Shown here: piece by piece, positions 1 to 9,383 of the stretch
Numbering within the stretch: the stretch's first letter is position 1
Layout: the number at the start of each line of letters is the position of its first letter
Origin: an uncultured Planctomycetales bacterium
Lineage (GTDB): Bacteria; Planctomycetota; Phycisphaerae; UBA1845; PWPN01
Assembly (NCBI GenBank): GCA_964586235.1
Contig: CAZPIO010000014.1
Coordinates: 8,482-72,481, forward strand
Reading direction: 5' to 3'
DNA length: 64,000 nt
The notes under the pieces: model-generated
What the model was told of the DNA's origin: nothing
Seen by the model: the letters and a program-made list of their open reading frames with translations, nothing else
Databases searched by the model: none
Translations under genes and position numbers: made by a program

Positions 1-1463
1 CGCATCATGCCGGGCCAGGGCTCCTCGATGCAAAGAACACCCGAGCCGGGCCCGTCAATCCGCTTCCCCTCGGGCGTGAGCAGCACCGGCTTGACGCCGA
101 AGTACGGGAACGTGGCCGAGCCGGGCTTGAGCGGCGTACAACCCGGCAGCGGAGTGATCAGAATGCCGCCCGTCTCGGTCTGCCACCAGGTGTCAACAAT
201 CGGACAGTGTTCCTTGCCCACGTACTTGTAGTACCACATCCAGGCTTCGGGGTTGATCGGCTCTCCAACCGTGCCGAGCAGCCGCAAGCTGGACAGGTTC
301 CGTTTCAAGACCGGGCCTTCGCCCTCACGCATCAGCGCTCGAATGGCCGTCGGGGCCGTGTAGAAAATGGTGACCTTGTACTTGTCCACCACGTCCCAGA
401 AACGCCCGGCGTCCGGGTAAGTGGGCACGCCCTCGAACATGACGGTGGTGGCCCCGTTACAGAGGGGGCCGTAGACGATGTAGGAGTGTCCTGTGACCCA
501 GCCGATGTCGGCCGTGCACCAGTAGATGTCCCCGTCATGGTAGTCAAATATGTACTTGTGCGACATCGCGACGAAAACCATGTATCCGCCGATGCTGTGC
601 AGTACGCCCTTGGGTTTGCCCGTCGAGCCCGAGGTGTAAAGAATGAACAGCGGGTCCTCGGCATCCATCCACTCCGGCTCGCACACCGGCGAGGCGTCTT
701 TCATCAGGTCGTGCCACCAGAAGTCGCGACCGGCCTGCATGTTCACGGGCAACTGGTCCTGGCCAACGCGTTCGTACACAATGCACGTCTTGATGGCCGC
801 GCCCTGTTTCTGGCTCATTTCCATCGCTTCATCGGCGTTGGCCTTGAGGGTCACCGCTTTCGAGCCGCGATAGACACCGTCGGTCGTGACCAGCGTCTCG
901 CAACCGGAGTCAACGATGCGATCCGACAGGGACTCGGGACTGAACCCGCCGAACACGATCGAGTGGACCGCGCCGATCCGGGCACAGGCCATCATGGCGA
1001 TAGCCAATTCCTTTACCATCGGCATGTAAATCGAGACGCGGTCGCCCTTCTTGACGCCGCGGCTCTTGAGCACGTTGGCGAACTTGCACACCTCGGCATG
1101 GAGCTGGCGATAGGTCAGCTTGGCGTCCTCGCCGGGCGTGTTGCCCTCCCAGATGATCGCCACCTGGTCGCCTCGCTTGTTGAGGTGCCTGTCCAGGCAG
1201 TTGTAGGTGATGTTGGTCTTGGCGCCGATGAAGTACTTAATGCTGATATCGCCGCTGAAGTCGTACTCTCGGACCTTTGTCCACTTCTCTTTCCAGTAGA
1301 ACTCCGAGGCGATCTCTCCCCAGAAGCCCTCGGGATCCTTGATGGAGCGATCGTACATCTGCCGATACTGCTCCATGGATTTGACATACGCCTTGGCCGA
1401 GAATTCGGGCGACGGCGGGAAGACCCGATCGCCGGCCGGTGCGGATACTGCGGTGTCACTCAT
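1..1463 (-). CDS. acs: Acetyl-CoA synthetase (AMP-forming), N-terminal ~487 aa; C-terminus lies beyond the window start
   Basis: Not in the ORF track because it runs off the edge. The reverse complement from ATG at 1463 reads MSDTAVSAPAGDRVFPPSPEFSAKAYVKSMEQYRQMYDRSIKDPEGFWGEIA...YTSGSTGKPKGVLHS...WCTADIGWVTGHSYIVYGPL...TWWQTETGG. These are classic Acs N-terminal and AMP-binding motifs. The + strand ORF 207..1562 is its shadow. Confidence 0.95.
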   Translation of the reverse strand, partial: MSDTAVSAPAGDRVFPPSPEFSAKAYVKSMEQYRQMYDRSIKDPEGFWGEIASEFYWKEKWTKVREYDFSGDISIKYFIGAKTNITYNCLDRHLNKRGDQVAIIWEGNTPGEDAKLTYRQLHAEVCKFANVLKSRGVKKGDRVSIYMPMVKELAIAMMACARIGAVHSIVFGGFSPESLSDRIVDSGCETLVTTDGVYRGSKAVTLKANADEAMEMSQKQGAAIKTCIVYERVGQDQLPVNMQAGRDFWWHDLMKDASPVCEPEWMDAEDPLFILYTSGSTGKPKGVLHSIGGYMVFVAMSHKYIFDYHDGDIYWCTADIGWVTGHSYIVYGPLCNGATTVMFEGVPTYPDAGRFWDVVDKYKVTIFYTAPTAIRALMREGEGPVLKRNLSSLRLLGTVGEPINPEAWMWYYKYVGKEHCPIVDTWWQTETGGILITPLPGCTPLKPGSATFPYFGVKPVLLTPEGKRIDGPGSGVLCIEEPWPGMM

Positions 1464-1880
1464 TACACAGAGACTCCTTCAAAAGGTAGCCAACTCAAAG
1501 GCGGCCATACGTTAGCCGTCCCGCACAGACATGCCGGTTCGCGGACATGCCCGCTGAGGTAGTTTCTTTTGTTGAGGTTGACCGTTCGCCGGAGGATTGC
1601 TCCGACGCCGAGCCGCCATGCGACTCCTGTCGGGTTGCGACGACCCGGAGGGCTTTGTCGATTCCCCCCGCCGCGCTCTTCAGGCAACTCGACCGGAAGG
1701 TCGGCCCCGCACTTCAATTGCGGCCGCGAAATACTCGAGCCCCACATGCTAAGCGCTCCTGCGGCTTCACGCAACGGAGATCTGTACCCAGATCGCAATC
1801 CCAACATCCGCGCTTTATTTTTTGGCCTTCACTGGCCGGATATCCCGGCCTTTCTCAACGATGCTTCTTTCGCAAGACGT

Positions 1881-1905
1881 TGCTAAAAAAGGTTTTAAGT
1901 ATAAT
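1881..1905 (+). promoter_or_regulatory. Candidate sigma70-like -10 box (TATAAT at 1900-1905) in an AT-rich patch of the acs/PFOR divergent intergenic region
   Basis: Sequence gttgctaaaaaaggttttaagTATAATgg. The -10 is a perfect consensus but no well-spaced -35 is present (TTGCTA is only 14 nt upstream). It lies about 400 nt upstream of the PFOR start. Confidence 0.2.
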
Positions 1906-2307
1906 GGCGAAAACAGGTCAGTGGGGTTGCTGACGGATCAGCGGGATAGCACTCAAAACCTGCGGTTCGCCCCCACCCCCGGCTGCATTGTGCCCCACGA
2001 CACCCACGAGCCGCCGGCAAGACCCGCCAAGGGCGCTGTCCCGCCGGACAACCGGACTCGGAGGGGCGGGCAGATCGGCCGGGCCAGAACATCGCTCACG
2101 CGTCGCTTCGCTGGAAGATCGGCTCGCTTCCTGTTACAGTACGGCACCGCGACAATATGCCGGTATGTGTCCGGCACTATTTGCTACCGCGACCAGGGGC
2201 AACCGCTCGCCCCTGAGAATGAATCCAGCATCGTTCAACCAAGAACGAGAGCCGATCGGCGATTGTCAGCCGACGGGGCCATGTGTTCCCGAAGGAGCAA
2301 GTTCGAA

Positions 2308-5300
2308 ATGGGTCAGAGAAACATCATCACAGTAGACGGCAACGAAGCGGCGGCCTCCATCGGCCACCGGGTCAGCGAGGTGATCGCGATCTATCCGATC
2401 ACTCCTTCGTCGCCCATGGGCGAGTTTGCCGACGAGTGGTCGGCCAAAGGCCAGAAGAACATCTGGGGCACGGTCCCACAGGTCACCGAGATGCAGTCCG
2501 AGGCCGGTGCCGCGGCCGCCGTACACGGCGCATTGCAGGCCGGGGCACTGGTCACGACCTTCACCGCCAGCCAGGGCCTGCTGCTGATGATCCCCAGCAT
2601 GTACAAGATCGCGGGCGAACTGACCGCCTTCTGCATGCACGTAACCGCTCGCACGCTGGCCACGCACGCCCTGTCGATCTTCGGCGATCACTCGGACGTC
2701 ATGGCCTGCCGCCAGACCGGTTTCGGCCTCACCGCGTCCAACTCGGTCCAGGAAGCTCACGACATGGCCTGCATCTCGACGGCCGCGTCGCTGCAAAGCC
2801 GCGTGCCGTTCCTCCACTTCTTCGACGGCTTTCGCACGTCGCACGAAGTGGCCAAGATGGAGCTGCTCTCCGACGACGACCTGCGGTTCATGATGGATGA
2901 GAAGCTGGTCAAGGCTCATCGCCAGCGGGCTCTCACCCCTGACAAGCCGCTGCTTCGCGGAACGGCCCAGAACCCCGACACGTTCTTCCAGGCCCGCGAA
3001 GCATGCAACGGCTTCTACGACGCCTGTCCGGACATCGTCCAGGCCGTGATGGACAAATTCGCCGGCCGCGTCGGCCGACGCTACAACCTGTTCGACTACG
3101 TCGGTGCGCCCGACGCCGAACGGGTGATCATCCTCATGGGCTCAGGTGCGGAAACGGCCCACGCGACGGTGGATTACCTCACCGCCAGGGGCGAGAAGGT
3201 CGGCGTGATCAAGGTCCGCCTGTATCGTCCCTTCTCGACCAAACACCTGCTGCAGACCCTGCCCAAAACGGTCAAGTCGATCGCCGTCCTCGACCGGACC
3301 AAGGAGCCGGGCGCCATCGGTGAACCGCTGTACCTGGACGTCGTCACCACCCTGCACGAGGCTCGCCAGCTCGGGACGTCGCCGCTGCCCTCCGAGCCGC
3401 GGATCATCGGCGGCCGATACGGACTGTCCAGCAAGGATTTCACGCCCGCAATGGTCAAGGCCGTCTTCGACGAGCTGACCAAGGGCAATCCGAAGCAGCA
3501 ATTCACCGTCGGCATCATGGACGACGTCACCCACCTGTCGCTGCCGGTCGACGAGAGCTTCGACATCGAGCCGGAGAGCATCGTCAAGTCCGTCTTCTTC
3601 GGCCTGGGAGCAGACGGCACGGTCGGTGCCAACAAGAACTCCATCAAGATCATCGGCGAGGAAACGAGCAATTACGCCCAGGGCTACTTCGTGTACGACT
3701 CAAAGAAATCGGGCGCCATGACCGTTTCGCACCTGCGATTCGGCCCGGGCGAAATTCGCCTGCCGTACCTGATCAAGCGGGCCGGTTTCGTCGCCTGCCA
3801 CCAGTTCGTCTTCCTCGAGAAGTACGACGTGCTCAGCTACGCCGCTCCCGGAGCGGTCTTCCTGCTCAACTCGCCGTACGGCAAGGACGAGGTCTGGGAC
3901 CATCTGCCCCGCGAGGTCCAACAGGACATCATCGACAAGAAGCTCAAGTTCTACGTGATCGACGGCTACGCAGTGGCCAAGGAGACCGGCATGGGCTCCC
4001 GCGTTAACACGATCATGCAGACGTGCTTCTTCGCCATCTCCGGCGTACTGCCTCGTGAGGAGGCCATCGAGCAGATCAAAAAAGCGATCAAGAAGACTTA
4101 CGGCAAGAAGGGCGAGGAGGTCATCAAACGCAACTTCGCGGCCGTGGACGCCACCCTGGCCAAGCTCTACGAGGTGAAGGTCCCCGCCCAGGCCACCGCT
4201 AGGCAAGTCCGTCTGCCCATGGTGCCCGCCGAGGCCCCGGACTTCGTCCAGCGCGTGACTGCGGTGATGATGGCCGGCAACGGTGATCTGCTCCCGGTGA
4301 GTGCCTTCCCGGTCGACGGCACCTACGACACCGGCACCACCCAGTGGGAGAAGCGCAACATCGCTCTCGAAATCCCGATCTGGGACCCGGCGATCTGCAT
4401 CCAGTGCAACAAGTGCTCGATCGTCTGCCCGCACGCGGCCATCCGGCCGAAAGTGTTTGACGCGGCGTTGCTCGCCAAGGCCCCCGCCGATTTCCGCTCG
4501 ACCGACTACAAGGGCAAGGAGTACAAGGGCAGCAAGTTTGTGATCCAGGTCGCACCGGAAGACTGCACCGGCTGCGGGCTCTGCGTCAGCGCGTGCCCGG
4601 CCAAGGACAAGTCCAACCCGAAGCACAAAGCTATCAACATGGAGCCGCAGATCCAGATCCGCGAGCGCGAAAGGCGGAATTACGCCTTCTTCCTCGACAT
4701 GCCCGACGTGGACCGGACCACCATCGAGAAGGTGAACGTGAAGACATCCCAGTTGTTCCGCCCACTGTTCGAGTACTCGGGAGCCTGCACGGGCTGCGGC
4801 GAGACGCCTTATGTCAAGCTGATGACCCAGTTGTTCGGTGACCGTCTGCTCATCGGCAATGCGACCGGCTGCTCGTCCATCTATGGGGGCAACCTGCCGA
4901 CCACGCCGTACTGCAAGGATCACAACGGTCGGGGACCGGCCTGGTCCAATTCGCTGTTCGAAGATGCGGCCGAATTCGGCTTCGGCTTCCGGCTGGCCGT
5001 CGACAAGCACATTGAGCAGGCCCGCGAGCTCCTGGCCCAACTGGGCTCGCAGATCGGCGACAACCTGGCGGCCGACCTGCTCAGCGCCGATCAAACAACC
5101 GAGGCGGGGATCAAGGCCCAGCGAGACCGCGTGGCGGCTCTGCGACGGAAGCTGGCAGGCATTGACGGCGAACCGGCACGAAGGCTGGGCCTCCTGGCCG
5201 ATTACCTGGTCAAGAAGAGCGTCTGGTCCCTGGGCGGCGACGGCTGGGCCTATGACATCGGCTATGGCGGCCTGGATCACGTGCTGAGCATGACCCGCGA

Positions 5301-5892
5301 CATTAACCTCTTGGTCCTGGACACCGAGGTTTACTCGAATACCGGCGGGCAGGCCTCCAAGTCGACCCCGATCGGCGCGGCCGCCAAGTTCGCCGCCGCC
5401 GGCAAGTCGGTCAACAAGAAAGACCTCGGGCTCATGGCCATGAGCTACGGGCATGTGTACGTGGCCAGCGTGGCCATGGGAGCCAAGGACACCCAGGCCG
5501 TCCAGGCGTTCCTGGAGGCCGAGACCTACCCGGGACCGTCGCTGATCATCGCTTACTCCCACTGCATCGCCCACGGTTACGACCTGGTCCACGGCATGGA
5601 ACAGCAGAAACTGGCGGTCGACAGCGGGATCTGGCCGCTTTATCGGTTCGACCCGCGTCGGCGGGCGGCCGGTGAGCCGCCGCTGGTTCTCGATTCGACC
5701 CCCAGCGGAAGCTCGGTGCAGGAGTACATGCGTAACGAGACGCGATTCCGGATGGTCGAGAAAATCGACCCGGCTCGGTTCCAAATGCTCTCGGTTGAGG
5801 CGCAGCTCGCTGCCACACGTCGTGTGGCGGTCTATGATCATTTGGCTAAACTCACCGTGCCCAAGGGAGACGGCAACGGCCACAAGGCGTGA
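2308..5892 (+). CDS. nifJ: Pyruvate:ferredoxin (flavodoxin) oxidoreductase, single-polypeptide type
   Basis: The ORF 1822..5892 is trimmed to MGQRNIITVDGNEAAASIGHRVSEVIAIYPITPSS, the typical PFOR N-terminus. Two ferredoxin-type clusters are present (CIQCNKCSIVCP, CTGCGLCVSACP). TPP-domain motifs include GCGETPY and GGDGWAYDIGYGGLDH. About 1194 aa. Confidence 0.95.
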   Translation: MGQRNIITVDGNEAAASIGHRVSEVIAIYPITPSSPMGEFADEWSAKGQKNIWGTVPQVTEMQSEAGAAAAVHGALQAGALVTTFTASQGLLLMIPSMYKIAGELTAFCMHVTARTLATHALSIFGDHSDVMACRQTGFGLTASNSVQEAHDMACISTAASLQSRVPFLHFFDGFRTSHEVAKMELLSDDDLRFMMDEKLVKAHRQRALTPDKPLLRGTAQNPDTFFQAREACNGFYDACPDIVQAVMDKFAGRVGRRYNLFDYVGAPDAERVIILMGSGAETAHATVDYLTARGEKVGVIKVRLYRPFSTKHLLQTLPKTVKSIAVLDRTKEPGAIGEPLYLDVVTTLHEARQLGTSPLPSEPRIIGGRYGLSSKDFTPAMVKAVFDELTKGNPKQQFTVGIMDDVTHLSLPVDESFDIEPESIVKSVFFGLGADGTVGANKNSIKIIGEETSNYAQGYFVYDSKKSGAMTVSHLRFGPGEIRLPYLIKRAGFVACHQFVFLEKYDVLSYAAPGAVFLLNSPYGKDEVWDHLPREVQQDIIDKKLKFYVIDGYAVAKETGMGSRVNTIMQTCFFAISGVLPREEAIEQIKKAIKKTYGKKGEEVIKRNFAAVDATLAKLYEVKVPAQATARQVRLPMVPAEAPDFVQRVTAVMMAGNGDLLPVSAFPVDGTYDTGTTQWEKRNIALEIPIWDPAICIQCNKCSIVCPHAAIRPKVFDAALLAKAPADFRSTDYKGKEYKGSKFVIQVAPEDCTGCGLCVSACPAKDKSNPKHKAINMEPQIQIRERERRNYAFFLDMPDVDRTTIEKVNVKTSQLFRPLFEYSGACTGCGETPYVKLMTQLFGDRLLIGNATGCSSIYGGNLPTTPYCKDHNGRGPAWSNSLFEDAAEFGFGFRLAVDKHIEQARELLAQLGSQIGDNLAADLLSADQTTEAGIKAQRDRVAALRRKLAGIDGEPARRLGLLADYLVKKSVWSLGGDGWAYDIGYGGLDHVLSMTRDINLLVLDTEVYSNTGGQASKSTPIGAAAKFAAAGKSVNKKDLGLMAMSYGHVYVASVAMGAKDTQAVQAFLEAETYPGPSLIIAYSHCIAHGYDLVHGMEQQKLAVDSGIWPLYRFDPRRRAAGEPPLVLDSTPSGSSVQEYMRNETRFRMVEKIDPARFQMLSVEAQLAATRRVAVYDHLAKLTVPKGDGNGHKA

Positions 5893-5969
5893 GGAAAATC
5901 GGCGTGCTGACGGAGGCCGCCGGCCGGGTTCAGACCCGACGGTGTCCCGGCCAGTTGGAGAATTGACTC

Positions 5970-6971
5970 ATGGATCTGTCTACAACCTATCTTGGCTTCG
6001 AAATGGCGAACCCCTTCGTGCCTGGCGCGTCTCCCCTGGCGGACGACCTTGACACGGTCCGCGAACTCGAGGATGCGGGAGCGTCAGCCATTGTCATGCG
6101 GTCGCTGTTCGAGGAGCAACTGGCAGCCGAGGGCCTCACTGCCGTTCACAACATGGACGTCCCGGCAGAATCCTTCGCCGAGGCCCTGACCTACTTCCCC
6201 AGCCCCGACAATTTCGTGCTCGGGCCGGATGAGTACCTGGAGCAGCTCGGCCGGATCAAGAAAGCCGTCCAGGTCCCGGTGATTGCCTCCCTCAACGGCA
6301 GCACGCCGGGCGGCTGGCTCGACTACGCCAAACAGATGGAACAGGCCGGCGCCGATGCCGTCGAGCTGCACGTATTCCAGATTCCCACGGATCCCGAAGA
6401 GCCAAGCGGCGCGAGGTTCAAGGCCACGGTCGACATGGTCCGTTCCGTCAAGAAGGCCGTGAAGATCCCGGTCGCGGTCAAGCTCTCACCCTTTTATTCG
6501 TCGTTCGCCAACGTCGCCCGCGAACTCGAGAAGGTCGGGGCCGACGGCCTGGTGCTCTTCAATCGCTTCTACCAGCCGGACATCGACATCGAGAATCTTG
6601 AGATCGTGCAGCATCTCGAGTTGTCTACCTCGGCGGAGTTGCCCTTGCGGCTGAGATGGCTGGCGATCCTTTCCGGTCGCGTGTCGCTCTCCCTGGGGGT
6701 CACGGGCGGCGTGCACACGCCCCTGGACGCCATCAAGGCCGTCATGTGCGGAGCCCATGCCGTACAGATGGTCTCGGCCCTGCTGCAGAACGGTCCGCAG
6801 TATATCCAGACGATGATCCGCAAGGTCGGTCAATGGCTGGAGGAGCACGACTACAGCTCGCTGCGACAGATGCAGGGCAGCATGAGCCTGCAGAAGTGCC
6901 CGAATCCACGGGCCCTGCTGCGTGGCAATTACATGAAGATGCTCCAGACCTGGAAGGAATGGAATAGCTGA
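5970..6971 (+). CDS. Dihydroorotate dehydrogenase-like (class 1 DHOD/DHPD-family TIM-barrel flavoprotein)
   Basis: 333 aa. MDLSTTYLGFEMANPFVPGASPL...IASLNG...ADAVELHV...VAVKLSPF...DGLVLFNR...SGRVSLSLGVTGGVHTPLDAIKAVMCGAHAVQMVSALL matches the DHOD-family barrel pattern. GGAGAA lies upstream of the ATG. Confidence 0.75.
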   Translation: MDLSTTYLGFEMANPFVPGASPLADDLDTVRELEDAGASAIVMRSLFEEQLAAEGLTAVHNMDVPAESFAEALTYFPSPDNFVLGPDEYLEQLGRIKKAVQVPVIASLNGSTPGGWLDYAKQMEQAGADAVELHVFQIPTDPEEPSGARFKATVDMVRSVKKAVKIPVAVKLSPFYSSFANVARELEKVGADGLVLFNRFYQPDIDIENLEIVQHLELSTSAELPLRLRWLAILSGRVSLSLGVTGGVHTPLDAIKAVMCGAHAVQMVSALLQNGPQYIQTMIRKVGQWLEEHDYSSLRQMQGSMSLQKCPNPRALLRGNYMKMLQTWKEWNS

Positions 6972-7205
6972 TCCGGGACCGGCATGGGATACACGCGACA
7001 GCCCACCGCATCGGCCAACGGCAGGTTGCCTGATCAACGACGGCCTGCCGCTCGTGAGAGCACCGTTTGGCTTGGCATTGACGCGAGCGGAGCCCATAGC
7101 AGAAGATACGTAAGGTCGGTATGCTGACCGCAAGATTACCGACAGCGCCAGCCCACGGCCAGGGCGTGTGGGCGGTGTCCTTGTTTCCGGGAGGAGTCCA
7201 GCCAG

Positions 7206-9377
7206 ATGCCTCTGAGCAGCGCAGCACCACAAGCCGATCAGGCAGACCGTCAGAAGCCCCGTGACCTCGAACCTCTGTTCGCCCCGCGGTCCATCGCCGT
7301 CGTCGGCGCGTCCCGCCGCACGGGGACGGCCGGCAGCGACATTTTCCGCAACCTGATTTTCGGCGGATATACCGGCGTGGTATACCCCGTGAACCCCAAA
7401 ACCAAGAGCATCATGGGCATCCGTTGCGTGCCCAGCGTCTCGGCGATCGATGAGGCCGTGGACCTGGCGGTGCTGATCGTCCCCGCCCCGGCCGTGGAGG
7501 GAGTCGTTCGCGAGTGTTCTGATCGCGGGACGAAGCATTTCCTCATCATCTCCGCCGGCTTCAAGGAAATCGGCGGCGAGGGCCTGGAACGCGAAAACAG
7601 CCTCAAGGCCCTGGCCCGGGAGCGAGGGCTGTTTATTGTGGGCCCCAACTGCCTGGGCATCATCAACACGCATCCGGACGTGCGCATGAACGCCGCTTTC
7701 GGCGGCGAAATGCCGCAGGCCGGCTGTCTCGGCCTGATTTCCCAGAGCGGGGCACTCGCCGCCGCCCTGCTGGACTACGTTGAGGGACAGGCTATCGGTT
7801 TCTCCCGGTTCGTCAGCTTCGGCAACAAGTGCGATGTTACCGAAATCGACCTGCTCAGAACCATTGCCGCCGACCCGAGCACCAAGGTCATCCTGATGTA
7901 CATCGAGGACCTGTCCGCCGGGCAGGAATTCGTCGATGCCGCCCATGACATCACCCATGGCCCCAACCCGAAGCCGATCCTGGTGATCAAGACCGGCCGG
8001 ACGCAGGAAGGCGCAGCCGCCGCGGCCTCCCACACCGGATCACTGGCCGGGTCAGACGAGGTCTATGACGCCATCTTCTCCCAGGCCGGAGTGATCCGGG
8101 TCGAGTCGGTCGGCGAGCTGTTTGATCTGGCCGAGATGTTCGCCGATCCGGCCGTGTCCCGAGGACGCCAGACGGCCATCGTCACCAACGCCGGCGGCCC
8201 GGGCATCATGGCCACCGATGCCTGCATCCGCTACGGCCTGAAGCTCGCCAAGTTCCAGGAATACACCACGAAATCGCTGAAGTTCCAGCTCCCCCCGACC
8301 AGCAATCTCAAGAACCCCGTGGACGTCATCGGCGACGCCCGTCACGACCGCTATCGCGTGGCCCTGGACGCCGTCACCGCCGATGAGGGAGTCGACCAGG
8401 TCCTGGTCCTGGTGACGCCACAGTCCATGACCAACGTCGTGCAGATCGCCGAGGTCATCGGCGAGAGCAAACAGTTCTGCGAGAAGCCCATTTCGGCCTG
8501 CCTGATGGGCCTCGAGGACGTGGCTCCGGCCATCGACCTGTTGCAGAAGAAGTACGGCGTGCCCAGCTACCGTTTCCCCGAGAACGCGATGAAGGCCCTG
8601 ACGGCCAAGGCCAAGTTCGGTGAATGGGTCCGCTCGCCCGAGCAGGAATACCAGGTTTTTGAGGTCGACCGCGAAGGGGCGAGGCAGCTTTTCACGGAGG
8701 AGCGACAGGCGGGACGCCCCCAGCTCGTCGAGCTCAAGGCCCTGGAGGTCTTGCGCCACTACGGGTTCCCCCTGGTTCCCTACGGCCTTGCCAAGTCGGC
8801 CGACGAGGCCGCCTCCGCCGCGGAGAAGATCGGATACCCGGTGGTCATGAAGATCTCCGGCCCCAAAATCCTCCACAAGACCGACGTAGGCGGAGTAAAG
8901 CTCAATCTCCGCGATACCGACTCCGTCCGCCAGGCGTACGACGCCATGATCGCTTCCGTGCGCGGCAAGATGGGTCAGGACGTCGAGATCTGGGGCGTGC
9001 TCATCCAGAAGATGCTCCCGCCCGGCAAGGAAATCATCCTGGGCGTGACCCGCGACCCGCGGTTCGGCCCTCTGCTGATGTTCGGTCTGGGCGGCATCTA
9101 CACGGAAGCCCTGCGCGACGTCGCCTTCCGCCTGGCCCCCATCCGCAAGAACGTCGCCAGCGAGATGGTCACCAGCATCCGGTCCTACCGGCTGCTCCAG
9201 GGTGTTCGGGGCGAAGCCCCGTCGGACACCGCAGCAATCGCGGACTGCATCATGAGGCTGTCCCAGTTCGTCACGGAGAATTCGGAAGTCAAGGAACTCG
9301 ATATCAACCCGTTAATTGTCTACCCCCGCGGCAACGGAGCGATGGTTGCCGACGCGCGGATTATTCTGTCGGAGTAA
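7206..9377 (+). CDS. ADP-forming acetyl-CoA synthetase family protein (fused CoA-binding/ligase-CoA + ATP-grasp domains)
   Basis: 723 aa. LFAPRSIAVVGASRRTGTAGSDIFRNLI..GYTGVVYPVNPK is the CoA-binding domain. GPNCLGIIN and SQSGAL are succinyl-CoA-synthetase-like motifs. The C-terminus is ATP-grasp (GYPVVMKISGPKILHKTDVGGVKL). GGAGGAG RBS. Confidence 0.85.
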   Translation: MPLSSAAPQADQADRQKPRDLEPLFAPRSIAVVGASRRTGTAGSDIFRNLIFGGYTGVVYPVNPKTKSIMGIRCVPSVSAIDEAVDLAVLIVPAPAVEGVVRECSDRGTKHFLIISAGFKEIGGEGLERENSLKALARERGLFIVGPNCLGIINTHPDVRMNAAFGGEMPQAGCLGLISQSGALAAALLDYVEGQAIGFSRFVSFGNKCDVTEIDLLRTIAADPSTKVILMYIEDLSAGQEFVDAAHDITHGPNPKPILVIKTGRTQEGAAAAASHTGSLAGSDEVYDAIFSQAGVIRVESVGELFDLAEMFADPAVSRGRQTAIVTNAGGPGIMATDACIRYGLKLAKFQEYTTKSLKFQLPPTSNLKNPVDVIGDARHDRYRVALDAVTADEGVDQVLVLVTPQSMTNVVQIAEVIGESKQFCEKPISACLMGLEDVAPAIDLLQKKYGVPSYRFPENAMKALTAKAKFGEWVRSPEQEYQVFEVDREGARQLFTEERQAGRPQLVELKALEVLRHYGFPLVPYGLAKSADEAASAAEKIGYPVVMKISGPKILHKTDVGGVKLNLRDTDSVRQAYDAMIASVRGKMGQDVEIWGVLIQKMLPPGKEIILGVTRDPRFGPLLMFGLGGIYTEALRDVAFRLAPIRKNVASEMVTSIRSYRLLQGVRGEAPSDTAAIADCIMRLSQFVTENSEVKELDINPLIVYPRGNGAMVADARIILSE

Positions 9378-9383
9378 CGAGCA

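Noticed and set aside
207-1562. 451-aa + strand ORF covering the first 1.5 kb
   Set aside because: It is antisense to an unmistakable acetyl-CoA synthetase reading frame. The translation is low-complexity (Arg/Gly/Val/His-rich) with no motifs. It is a typical high-GC shadow ORF.
1822-2307. N-terminal 162-codon extension of the PFOR ORF
   Set aside because: The extension is Arg/Pro/Ser-rich and unlike any PFOR. Family homology begins exactly at MGQRNIITVDGNEAA (2308).
3700-5883. 727-aa minus-strand ORF inside PFOR, with similar antisense ORFs at 2266-2919 and 3174-3671
   Set aside because: These are shadow ORFs opposite a confidently identified gene, with a low-complexity Gly/Arg/Asp/Val composition.
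6486-8033. 515-aa minus-strand ORF spanning the DHOD-like/ACD junction
   Set aside because: It crosses an intergenic region and is antisense to two motif-supported genes. No motifs are recognisable.
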